From the NCBI GenBank assembly GCA_050916045.1, contig CP051526.1, positions 320,001-384,000 of the forward strand: DNA of 64,000 nucleotides. Reading direction: 5' to 3'. Source of the DNA: Tepidisphaera sp. Lineage in GTDB: Bacteria > Planctomycetota > Phycisphaerae > Phycisphaerales > UBA1924. Positions 9,504 through 17,872 of this stretch are shown in pieces. The position numbers and the translations under genes were made by a program. Numbering within the stretch: the first letter of the stretch is position 1; every line of letters starts with the position of its first letter. Below the pieces are notes generated by a model that saw only the letters and a list, made by a program, of their open reading frames with translations, did not search any database and was not told the origin of the DNA.

Positions 9504-9908
9504 TCAGTTTCGGGGGGTGGTCTTGAATCGGGCCTGCGTGGTGTCCGAGAACAATCGCTCGAAAGGAAGTTGCAACGACATTGCACGAAAGTGTGCAGGT
9601 GTATTTTGTTCTGGGAAGGGTGTATTTTGTTCTTGGAATGGTGTATTTTGTTCTGGGAATGGCGTATTTTGTTCTTGCAACAGCAGATTTTGTTCTTGTG
9701 CAAGCAGATTTTGCTCCATGAACAGCAGGTTCTGTCCTTGCGCAAGCAGGTTCTGGCCCTGCAACGGCGGGTTTTGTTCCTGCACAAGCAGATTCTGCTC
9801 CGTGACAAGCAGGTGCAGCCCTTGTGCAAGCAGGTTTTGTTCTTGCAACAGCAGGTTTTGGTCCCGTCTACCGGGATCGAGTTGCGGGGCGGGTGTCGGG
9901 CCGCGCAA
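9504..9908 (-). CDS. Putative heptad-repeat (QEQNLLx) protein encoded by the 21-bp array
   Basis: Unit-to-unit changes are frequently synonymous in this frame; co-oriented between two minus-strand ORFs; TTG start uncertain. Confidence 0.4.
   Translation of the reverse strand: MRGPTPAPQLDPGRRDQNLLLQEQNLLAQGLHLLVTEQNLLVQEQNPPLQGQNLLAQGQNLLFMEQNLLAQEQNLLLQEQNTPFPEQNTPFQEQNTPFPEQNTPAHFRAMSLQLPFERLFSDTTQARFKTTPRN
9599..9871. repeat. Degenerate 21-bp tandem repeat, 13 units
   Basis: Units such as gtgtattttgttctgggaagg, gcagattttgttcttgtgcaa, gcaggttttgttcttgcaaca in exact 21-bp register, no spacers. Confidence 0.95.
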
Positions 9909-9918
9909 AGCGGTGGGA

Positions 9919-10179
9919 TCAGCGGGTCGTGCGGGGCCCGGCGATCCGGCCGAACTCGCCGCCGCGCGTGGGATCGGGCAGCGGCCAGCGGCGGAGGGCC
10001 CAGGACCGGACCGCGAGGAGCAGGATGAGGCCCGCGCTGATGCTCGCGAAGATGTACTCGTTTGAGAAGAAGTCCCATCGCCCGACGATCAGGGCGAGAA
10101 GCGTCATGGTGAACCAGAAGAGCGCGAGAGAGGAAGCGCCCTTGGAGAACCACCGGAGGATGGTCGGGTTTGGCCGCAC
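9919..10179 (-). CDS. Small putative membrane protein
   Basis: Two hydrophobic segments (LALFWFTMTLLALIVG; IFASISAGLILLLAV); start uncertain. Confidence 0.55.
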   Translation of the reverse strand: MRPNPTILRWFSKGASSLALFWFTMTLLALIVGRWDFFSNEYIFASISAGLILLLAVRSWALRRWPLPDPTRGGEFGRIAGPRTTR

Positions 10180-10282
10180 GGATCAAGTGTATTCGGGGTG
10201 ACAAGCGGGCCCGAATGCCCGGGAGAAGCGGGGATTCATGCCGGACTGCTCTTGCGTCCGGAGGGGGAGGTACGATGCGGCT

Positions 10283-11755
10283 ATGGGTACCTCGAATCAA
10301 GCCGTCCCGTCCGTGGCCGACCTCCGTGCTCGCCTGGCGAAGGTGGGGCAGGAGCATCTTTTGGCGTTCCATGACACGCTCACGGCGGAGGAGCAGGTGC
10401 GGCTTCGGGGGCAGATCGCTTCGATCGACCTTGAGAGCGTGCCGTCGTGGGTGGCGGCGTATGTGAAGGGGAAGCCGGAGGGGGGAGTGGGGGCCGTGCC
10501 GGCGGATCCGGCGGCGATCAAGCCTGCCCCGTTCTATCCGTATGGAACGACGCCCGGGGCCGAGGCTTACCGGGCGGCGGGCGAGGCGATCATCCGGCGC
10601 GGGGAGGTGGGGGCGTTCGTGGTGGCGGGCGGGCAGGGGTCGCGGCTGGGGTTTGAGGGGCCCAAGGGGTGCTACCCGGCGACGGCGATCACGAAGAAGC
10701 CGCTCTTTCAGGTCTTTGCCGAGCAGATCCTCGCGGCGAACCGCAAGTACGGGGTCACGATCCCGTGGGCGATCATGACCAGCCCGCTCAACCACGAGGC
10801 GACGGTCGGGTTCTTCGAGCGGCACCGGTTCTTTGGCTTGGGCAAAGAGAACGTGCTGTTCCTGCAGCAGGGTGTGATGCCGAGCTTTGACATGGCGAGC
10901 GGGAAGATCCTGCTTGCGGGGCCGGGGGAGGTCGCGACGAATCCGGACGGGCACGGGGGCGCGGTGGCGGCGCTGCACAAGTCGGGGGCTTTGGCGGAGA
11001 TGACCAAGCGAGGGGTGAAGCACCTCTCCTATTTCCAGGTGGACAACCCGCACGTCAAGGTGATCGATCCGCTCTTCATCGGCCTGCACGCGACCGCGCC
11101 GGATTCTTCGGGGGAGATGTCGTCGAAGATGGTGCGGAAAGCGTCGTGGGATGAGAAGGTCGGCGTCTTCTGCGCGATCGACAAGAAGGATGGGCGCGGG
11201 TCCAGACTGGATGTGATCGAGTATTCCGACCTCCCCCCCGCGCTCGCGAAGGCGACCGGGCCGGTTGGGGAGCTGCTCATCAACGCGGGGTCGATCGCGA
11301 TCCACCTGATGAGCGTGGCGTTCCTCGAGCGGCTTGCCACGGATTCGAAGGTGTCGCTGCCGTTCCACCGGGCGGAGAAGAAGGTGCCGTACTTCGATGT
11401 GGCGACCGGGAAGGCCGTGTCGCCGGCGGCGAACAACGGGGTCAAGCTCGAGAAGTTCATCTTTGACGCTCTCGCGGTGGCGGAGCGGTCGATCGTGGTC
11501 GAGACCGACCGGGTGGAGGAGTTCGCCCCCATCAAGAACGCGACGGGGGCGGACAGCGCGGAGTCGAGCAAGGCGCTGCAGACGCAGCGGGCGGCGCGGT
11601 GGCTTGCGAAGTGCGGGACGAAGGTGCCGGTCAACGCCCAGGGGCTGCCGGACTGCGTGATCGAGCTTTCGCCGCTGACGGCGGTGTGCGAGGATGATGC
11701 GGCGTGCGTGCGGATGCCGGCGGTGATCGCGCCGGGGGAGAGCGTGGTGCTCTGA
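10283..11755 (+). CDS. UDP-N-acetylhexosamine/UDP-sugar pyrophosphorylase (UDPGP/UAP1 family)
   Basis: AGGQGSRLGFEGPKG, IMTS, PDGHGG, QVDNP, VIEYSDL, KLEKFIFD, EEFAPIKNA. Confidence 0.92.
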   Translation: MGTSNQAVPSVADLRARLAKVGQEHLLAFHDTLTAEEQVRLRGQIASIDLESVPSWVAAYVKGKPEGGVGAVPADPAAIKPAPFYPYGTTPGAEAYRAAGEAIIRRGEVGAFVVAGGQGSRLGFEGPKGCYPATAITKKPLFQVFAEQILAANRKYGVTIPWAIMTSPLNHEATVGFFERHRFFGLGKENVLFLQQGVMPSFDMASGKILLAGPGEVATNPDGHGGAVAALHKSGALAEMTKRGVKHLSYFQVDNPHVKVIDPLFIGLHATAPDSSGEMSSKMVRKASWDEKVGVFCAIDKKDGRGSRLDVIEYSDLPPALAKATGPVGELLINAGSIAIHLMSVAFLERLATDSKVSLPFHRAEKKVPYFDVATGKAVSPAANNGVKLEKFIFDALAVAERSIVVETDRVEEFAPIKNATGADSAESSKALQTQRAARWLAKCGTKVPVNAQGLPDCVIELSPLTAVCEDDAACVRMPAVIAPGESVVL

Positions 11756-11803
11756 GCACCGCTCTCAAGAGCGGTGCCATCGGGGAGAGCGGGAGGGGGA
11801 TCG

Positions 11804-12604
11804 ATGCGGGTCTTGGCGTGGAACATCCTGCACGGCGGGGGAGCATCGCGGCTTCCGGAGATCGCGCTGGATGTGGTCGAAGCCAAGCCGGATGTGGTGG
11901 TGTTGAGCGAGTTTCGGCCGGGGCGGGGCGGGCAGCTTCGGGCGGTGCTTGCGGATCAGGGATTGGGCTATCAGGTGTGCTCGGGGACGGATCCGGGGCG
12001 GAACGCGATCCTGCTGGCGTCGCGGTGGCCGGTGGAGCCTCCGGCGGGAGCGTTCGGCGCGGAGATGACGGCGAGGCTGGGGGACAAGCTCAGGCCGAGG
12101 CTTGCGGCGGTGCGTGTGGAGCATCCGGCGGGGACGGTCGAGGTGCTCGGGGTGCACATCCCGGATGATTCCAACCCATCGGGGAAAGCGCACGTGTGGC
12201 AGGCGGTGCTGGACTATGCCAAGCCGCGGGCGGGGGGGCGGACGGTGATCGCGGGGGACACGAACTCGGGGCGGCACGGGACGGATGATCCATCGAGGCG
12301 GCTTGGGTGCGTGACGGCGCTGGGGAAGCTGGCGACGATGGGGTACGTGGATGCGTGGCGGGCGCGGAACCCCGAGAGTCGCGAGCGGACGTGGTCGGGG
12401 CCGGCGTGGCGGGTGGGGGCGGTGGGGGCGGTGGGGGGTGGCGTGTTCCTCGAGACGGCGCGGATCGACGGGATCTACGTGTCGGGGCCGCTCGCGGCGA
12501 GCGTGAGCGAGGCGGAGTTGAGGCACGCGCCGCGGCTTGGCGGGCACTCGGACCACTCGATGGTGCTGGTTGCGATGCGTCTTTCGTGTGGAAAACCCGC
12601 GTGA
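11804..12604 (+). CDS. Endonuclease/exonuclease/phosphatase (ExoIII-like) protein
   Basis: LAWNILHG, PDVVVLSE, AGDTNS, YVDAWR, RIDGIYVS, SDHS. Confidence 0.88.
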   Translation: MRVLAWNILHGGGASRLPEIALDVVEAKPDVVVLSEFRPGRGGQLRAVLADQGLGYQVCSGTDPGRNAILLASRWPVEPPAGAFGAEMTARLGDKLRPRLAAVRVEHPAGTVEVLGVHIPDDSNPSGKAHVWQAVLDYAKPRAGGRTVIAGDTNSGRHGTDDPSRRLGCVTALGKLATMGYVDAWRARNPESRERTWSGPAWRVGAVGAVGGGVFLETARIDGIYVSGPLAASVSEAELRHAPRLGGHSDHSMVLVAMRLSCGKPA

Positions 12605-12766
12605 AGGGCGGCGCTCCGCGCGGGAATATGCGAAAAATCGTGGAAAATGCGTTGTTTTTCGTGTTGTGCGCTTGCCAAACGCGGGTTTTCCCGGTGAAAT
12701 ACACGTGTGTGCGGGAACGGACCCCGCAACAAAGCACGGAAGCAAGTTCGATTGGAGAATTGACCC

Positions 12767-13177
12767 ATGGCCAAGAAAGCAACGAAAGCCGCCCCGAAAG
12801 CCAAGCCCGCCGCGAAAGCCGCCGCTCCCAAGGCTGTGAAGGCCCCGAAGATCGCCGCCGCCGGCAAGCTCCGCAAGAAGAGCGAGCTGTACACGATCCT
12901 CGCCGAGCACAACGGCATCAGCCGCAAGCAGGTCGCGGGTATCTTCGAGACCCTCTCCGCCGTGATGGCCGCCGACCTGGCCAAGCCCTCGGCCGACAAG
13001 CCCCGCGTCTTCGTCGTCCCCGGCCTCATGAAGGTTCAGTCCATCTACAAGGCCGCCACCAAGGCGACCGAGAAGGCCAACCCCTTCAAGCCCGGCGAAA
13101 TGATGACCGTCAAGGCCAAGCCCGCCAGCACGAAGATCCGCGTGCGCCCGCTCAAGGCCCTCAAGGCGATGGTCTGA
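12767..13177 (+). CDS. hup: HU family DNA-binding protein with Lys/Ala-rich N-terminal tail
   Basis: KKSELYTILAE, FVVPGLMK, NPFKPGE, KAKPAS, VRPLKALK; SD GGAG; strongly C-ending codons. Confidence 0.92.
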   Translation: MAKKATKAAPKAKPAAKAAAPKAVKAPKIAAAGKLRKKSELYTILAEHNGISRKQVAGIFETLSAVMAADLAKPSADKPRVFVVPGLMKVQSIYKAATKATEKANPFKPGEMMTVKAKPASTKIRVRPLKALKAMV

Positions 13178-13203
13178 GCGATGGTCTGAGTGATGGTCTG
13201 AGT
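13168..13203 (+). repeat. 12-bp unit x3 spanning the HU stop codon
   Basis: gatggtctgagc gatggtctgagt gatggtctgagt. Confidence 0.9.
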
Positions 13204-13231
13204 TCAGACCTCTCTCAACACTGACTGAAAC

Positions 13232-13269
13232 AAGCACCCCCGGGCGAACCTCGGGGGTGCTTCGTTTTT
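13232..13269 (+). terminator. Rho-independent terminator after HU
   Basis: Stem aagcacccccg / cgggggtgctt followed by cgttttt. Confidence 0.85.
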
Positions 13270-13330
13270 AGGTGGTTTTGCACAGGGTTTCGGGGTTGCG
13301 GGATGCCGGCCGCGGGGTTTCGGCCGGGCT

Positions 13331-14890
13331 TCACTTCCGGCGGTTCATCCAGGTGTCGATCGCTTTGACGATTTCTTCCTGCATGTCGACGGCTTCGGCG
13401 CCGCGGTAGCCCTTGGCTTCGTTGTAGATGAGGCTGAACGCGACGCGCGAGGGCGTGGTGGCCGGTCCGGACTTGGGAGCCGGGGATTCAACGTAGCCGG
13501 TCAGGCTGAGCACGCCGTTGATGTGTCCGGTCTTGCATCGAACCTGGCCCTTGAGGCCGGCGCGGGCGAGGCGGCGCATGCGGGCGGAGGGGCTTTCGGG
13601 CGTGGCGAGGGAGGTGATGAACGCGGCGGAGATGGCGGGGTCGGACGCGACGACGTCGAGCCAGCGGGTGAGGGTCGCGGGGGCGACCTTGTTGTCGTCG
13701 GAGAGGCCCGAGCCGTCGGCGATGGTGGTGGAAGCGGCGAACTCGGGGCCGAGGCGCTGGGTGAGGTACATCCGGACGACCTCGGGGCCGTTGCGCCAGG
13801 AGCCGGGCTCGTTGGTGACCTTGTGGCCGACCATCTTGACGAGGCACTCGGCGTAGAGGTTCATGGAGTTGGTGTTGCAGCGGGCGAGCACGTCGGCGAT
13901 GGGGGTTTCGACGCTGACGAGGGTGCGGGCGCCGTCGAAGGACTCGGAAGTTTCGGCGAGGCGGACGGCTTGGATGCCGGGTTTACCCGGGGAACCGACC
14001 TTGATGCCGGCGCGGGCGAGTTCTTCGGCGAGGACCATCCCGAAGAACCTTGGGTTTTCGGTGAGGGGGAGCTCCATCGGTTCGACGAGGGGCTGGGAGA
14101 CTTCGCCGCGGACGCGGAAGCGGTAGGGCGTGCTCGCGGTCGGGCCCGGGCCGACGGGGGTCGTGACGCGTTCGGCGCGGACGGTGTTGGGCTCTTTGGG
14201 TCCGGCGGTGGTGGCGGTGGAATCGATCTCGACGAAGGAGGCGGGGGGTTCGATCTTGACGGACGCGGGCTGTCCGCGGGTCTTGCCGGGAGCGGGGAAG
14301 ATGGAGAGGAGGTTGGCGTGGAAGCAGAGGCCGGCGACCTCGGGGCAGTAGGCTTCGTCGAGGTGGCGGGTGGGCCAGCTGGGGTGGTAGACGACGCGGT
14401 CGAAGACTCGGTCGTCGACGATGATTTCGGAGATTTCGGTGACGCTGGTGCCCGAGCCGTTCTTGATCGCGGCGGCGATGGAGGCGAGGAGAGCCGGAAC
14501 GGTGAGCTTGGACTTGGAGCGGTCGAGAAGGACGGGGTCGGCGAAGGAGGGATCGCCGCCGCCCTTGACGATGAGCTTGTCGCCGAGGAGCTGGAACTCG
14601 GTCTTGAACTTGTAATCGGTGCCCAGAACCATGAGGGCGACGCCGGAGGTCAGCACCTTCTGGTTGGAAGCGGGGATCATGGGGCGGCTGGCGTTGAAGT
14701 TCGCCAGGACGGTGTCGGGGGCGTCACCTTCGCCCAGAGCGACGATGCTGATCCCCACGCGGTCGGATGAGAACTTGTTCTTGGCGAGGATACGTTCGAT
14801 GTCGTCGTTGAGGGGCTGGGCGCAGGCCGAGCCGGCGGCCAACGCCAGAGTGATACCCGCAGACAACCATCGCGTCAGGCCAACCCTCAT
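13331..14890 (-). CDS. dacB: D-alanyl-D-alanine carboxypeptidase/endopeptidase (PBP4, S13)
   Basis: Signal peptide; PASNQK (SxxK), GGGDPSF, SMN (SxN), DGSGLS, KTGHI. Confidence 0.93.
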   Translation of the reverse strand: MRVGLTRWLSAGITLALAAGSACAQPLNDDIERILAKNKFSSDRVGISIVALGEGDAPDTVLANFNASRPMIPASNQKVLTSGVALMVLGTDYKFKTEFQLLGDKLIVKGGGDPSFADPVLLDRSKSKLTVPALLASIAAAIKNGSGTSVTEISEIIVDDRVFDRVVYHPSWPTRHLDEAYCPEVAGLCFHANLLSIFPAPGKTRGQPASVKIEPPASFVEIDSTATTAGPKEPNTVRAERVTTPVGPGPTASTPYRFRVRGEVSQPLVEPMELPLTENPRFFGMVLAEELARAGIKVGSPGKPGIQAVRLAETSESFDGARTLVSVETPIADVLARCNTNSMNLYAECLVKMVGHKVTNEPGSWRNGPEVVRMYLTQRLGPEFAASTTIADGSGLSDDNKVAPATLTRWLDVVASDPAISAAFITSLATPESPSARMRRLARAGLKGQVRCKTGHINGVLSLTGYVESPAPKSGPATTPSRVAFSLIYNEAKGYRGAEAVDMQEEIVKAIDTWMNRRK

Positions 14891-15005
14891 GCTCAACCCT
14901 CCAGGTCCGCGCGGAAGAAGGCGCGGCGCGAGGATCATAGATCGACCGGCGAGAGGGTCTGGCTCGAATCAGTGTGGATGAAAGAGCGAAGTGAAGGCCA
15001 CGGCA

Positions 15006-15458
15006 TCAGTTGGCCGCGGCGAGCGAGGTTTCGCGGATGAGCTGCAGGAGCAGGATGAGTTCGTCGGCGAGGGTTTTGCTCGTGAGGTCGAAATGGGTCC
15101 AATTGATGGCCGCGACGGTGGGGGCGTTGCCGATCGCTTCGCGCACGGTTTTGGAGAGCTTGCGGGGCGGGAGCGTGGCGAGGATCCCGGCGGGAACGGG
15201 GACGCACACCCCGGGTTTCGCGGGGTTGGGCACGACGTACGCGGCTGTCCGGGGGCCGTCGGTGTAGGTGAGGGCCCATCGCCAGGGGATTCCCTGCCAG
15301 GCGAGCGATTCGGTGAGCGCGCCGTCGGAGACGACCGCGTCGCGGAAGCCTTCGATGAGGGTCGCGGCGGGCTTGGGGATCTCGGCGAGGAGCGCCGCGA
15401 TGGAAGGGCGGGCGAACCGGTCTTCCCACAGGGAACGAGATTTGGTGAGCAGCGGCAT
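15006..15458 (-). CDS. Hypothetical protein
   Basis: ATG 15458 with SD GGGAG; globular-looking sequence MPLLTKSRSLWEDRF; host-like codon bias. Confidence 0.65.
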   Translation of the reverse strand: MPLLTKSRSLWEDRFARPSIAALLAEIPKPAATLIEGFRDAVVSDGALTESLAWQGIPWRWALTYTDGPRTAAYVVPNPAKPGVCVPVPAGILATLPPRKLSKTVREAIGNAPTVAAINWTHFDLTSKTLADELILLLQLIRETSLAAAN

Positions 15459-15557
15459 GGAATCTCCCGGTGGGATCATTCGAGAGTGGGCGGCCGCAAT
15501 CCACGACCTAGAACCACCTACAGTTGGAAGCTTCTTTTTCTGGCTGCCGGAGCACTC

Positions 15558-16052
15558 ATGACCACGCCGAATACCCCCCAGACCCCGAACGCCGCGCCCG
15601 CCACCTCCACGACCGCCCAGTCGCTCGCGGGCGCGAACATCCTCGTGGTGGATGATCACGAGCAGAATCTCGAGCTTTTGTCCGCGTATCTGGATGACCT
15701 GGGCGCGGAGATCCGCCAGGCGCGGGACGGCGTGGAAGCGATCGAAGCCGTGGCGCAGCGGAAGCCGGACCTGATCCTGCTTGACGTGATGATGCCGCGG
15801 ATGTCGGGGTTCCAGGTGTGCGGCAAGCTGAAGTCCGATCCGGCGACCAAGGACATCCCGATCGTGGTCGTGACGGCGCTCAACGAGGTCGCGGACGTGG
15901 AGCGGGCGGTTGAGCTTGGGGCGGATGACTTCCTCACCAAGCCGGTGAACCGGCTGGAGCTGATGACGCGGGTGAGGTCGTTGGTCCGGGTGGCTCAGCT
16001 TCAACGCCAGCTTCAGCAGACCATGAACGATCTGCGTCGCGCGCAGGGCTGA
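15558..16052 (+). CDS. Single-domain response regulator with short coiled-coil tail
   Basis: ILVVDD, PDLILLDVMMP, VTAL, GADDFLTKP; SD GGAG. Confidence 0.93.
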   Translation: MTTPNTPQTPNAAPATSTTAQSLAGANILVVDDHEQNLELLSAYLDDLGAEIRQARDGVEAIEAVAQRKPDLILLDVMMPRMSGFQVCGKLKSDPATKDIPIVVVTALNEVADVERAVELGADDFLTKPVNRLELMTRVRSLVRVAQLQRQLQQTMNDLRRAQG

Positions 16053-16091
16053 ATTGGGGCCGAGCCGTCAATGAGCCAGGCTCGGCCGGGG

Positions 16092-17753
16092 TCAGCAGCC
16101 TTCCTCGTACGCGAGGACAAAGTCGTCGTAATCGAAGAAGTCGGCGAAGCCGTCGCCGTTGAAGTCCGCGTCCTGACCGGGCGGGCAGCCAAAGCCTTCG
16201 TAACAGGCGACGAAATCGTCGTAATCGAAGAAGTCGGCGAAGCCGTCAGCGTTGAAATCCGCGGGGATCAGCGTCGAGAACGCGTCGGGGCCGTTGGAGG
16301 CCGACGTGGAGCCGCTTGCGTTGGTCGCGACGACCGTCCACCAATAGGTGCCGCACTGCGCGAGGATTCCGCTCGGAACGGCGAAGGAGGTGGCGGCGAT
16401 CCCGGCTTGCTCAAAGGGGGAGGAGAACGACGGGTTGTCGTCGATGCGGACGGTGTAGGAAGCAGCGCCGCTTGAGGAGGACCACGAGAGGGTGGGCGTG
16501 AGTCCGAGGCCGACGCTCGAGTCCGCCGGGGAAAGCAGGGAGAAGGCACCGGGCGGGGTGACGGGCGGGGGCAGGATGAAGTCGGCGATCACGGGTTTGT
16601 GGTCGGAAGCGGTGGAGGTCGCGAGGGCGACGGTGGGGTAGCCGATCATCTCCGGCGGGTACGCGGGAGGGCCGCCGGAAGAGGAGACGTAGATGAAGGC
16701 GCGGCGGAGCGTGGCGACGGAGTCCTGCCAGAGGATGTAGTCGAGTTTGCTTGAGCTTTGGGTATTGCGGCTGCTTGCGTTGGCGTTGAGCGGGTCGCGA
16801 GCATCATCGAAGACGGAGTCGGTGCGGTCGCGGTCGGTGCCGTCGCTTGGGCCGGCGACGGCGGCGCGGGACATCCACAGGGCGGGGCCGTCGCGGCCGT
16901 TGTCACGTTCATCCTCGTTGAGGTCGCCGCCCCAGATCACCGGGGTGAACGAATCGAGGATGGTGGTCGCCTGGGGGAAATCGGAGATGCGGGAGCGCGG
17001 GTCGGGGGTGGAGGTTCCGCCGCCGTTGAACCAGTAGTCGATGAAGTATGCGATGTTCTGGGCGGCTTCGAGGCGGTCGGCGATGTCCGCGGCGGCGCCG
17101 CCGGACTTGAGGTGGGAGTTGCCGACGACGAGGTTTCCGCGGTAGGTGACGTCGGGAAGGTTGATCTCGGCCAGGGCCCAGCCGCGGATGCCGGGGCCGC
17201 CGCCGGGCGCGAAGAGATCGGCGGCGTTGGCGAACTGGTCATAGGTGGCTCGGCCGTCGCCGTTGAGATCGGCGAACGGGTAGCGCGAGAGGATGACGTT
17301 GCGGTTGAAGCCGTCGCTGTTGCCCGACGCGAAGACGAAGGGGTAGGAGAGGGAAGCGTCGTACTTGCGGATGTAGCTTCCGACGGGGGCGTTGGCTCGG
17401 AAGGGATCGGGGCCTCCGTCGACGAGGAGCCGGACGGCCGTGGCGAGGTTGGCTTGGGAGTCGCCGGAGCCTCCGGTGCCGTTCCCGGAGTTGTCGCCGC
17501 ATTCTTGGAGGATGACGACGTCGGGCTTCATGGAGGCGATGATGCGTGCGACGGCGCACCAGTTGTTGGATCCCTCGGCTTTGGCGCTCGTGGAGCAGAT
17601 GGCGTCGCGGACGTTCCAGGTCATGACGCGGAGGTCGGAGGCCTGGGTGCGTCCCCACTGGCCGGCGGCCGGGTTCCACTGCGCATGGCAGAGGGAGGAG
17701 ACGAGGAACAGGCCGGCGCAGGCGCCGAGGTGACGGAACGTGTGGCGGATCAT
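16092..17753 (-). CDS. Secreted endonuclease/exonuclease/phosphatase + Fn3-like domain + dockerin-like C-terminal tag
   Basis: Signal peptide; MTWNV, PDVVILQE, GGDLNE, KLDYIL, SDHKPV; PTLSW...TYWWTV; 2x ADFNxDGFADFFDYDDFV, ends EEGC. Confidence 0.9.
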   Translation of the reverse strand: MIRHTFRHLGACAGLFLVSSLCHAQWNPAAGQWGRTQASDLRVMTWNVRDAICSTSAKAEGSNNWCAVARIIASMKPDVVILQECGDNSGNGTGGSGDSQANLATAVRLLVDGGPDPFRANAPVGSYIRKYDASLSYPFVFASGNSDGFNRNVILSRYPFADLNGDGRATYDQFANAADLFAPGGGPGIRGWALAEINLPDVTYRGNLVVGNSHLKSGGAAADIADRLEAAQNIAYFIDYWFNGGGTSTPDPRSRISDFPQATTILDSFTPVIWGGDLNEDERDNGRDGPALWMSRAAVAGPSDGTDRDRTDSVFDDARDPLNANASSRNTQSSSKLDYILWQDSVATLRRAFIYVSSSGGPPAYPPEMIGYPTVALATSTASDHKPVIADFILPPPVTPPGAFSLLSPADSSVGLGLTPTLSWSSSSGAASYTVRIDDNPSFSSPFEQAGIAATSFAVPSGILAQCGTYWWTVVATNASGSTSASNGPDAFSTLIPADFNADGFADFFDYDDFVACYEGFGCPPGQDADFNGDGFADFFDYDDFVLAYEEGC

Positions 17754-17794
17754 GGGCTCTCTCGCTTCGTGGAAGTGTCCGTTTCCGGACCTGA

Positions 17795-17827
17795 CAAAGA
17801 AGCCCACGGGCTTTCACCCGTGGGCTT
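17795..17827 (-). terminator. Rho-independent terminator
   Basis: Perfect 11-bp stem aagcccacggg / cccgtgggctt followed by ctttg on the minus strand. Confidence 0.7.
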
Positions 17828-17872
17828 GAGATCATAGGAACCGACGAGGTTCATCGCTTGTCAGCGAGAAAC

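Noticed and set aside
9599..9871. CRISPR array
   Set aside because: Units are contiguous and degenerate with no unique spacers, and no cas genes are present.
9436..11368. Cys/Lys-rich 773-aa ORF (9047..11368 -) and FCSC-rich + strand ORFs
   Set aside because: Alternative frames of the 21-bp array and antisense of the pyrophosphorylase; synonymous variation favours the QEQNLL frame.
11804..12604. Anti-phage defence nuclease
   Set aside because: Ordinary ExoIII-like motifs in a housekeeping context with no partner genes.
17800..17827. IS200/IS605 end or REP-like hairpin
   Set aside because: Single copy, no transposase, TnpB or IscB nearby; its position fits a terminator.
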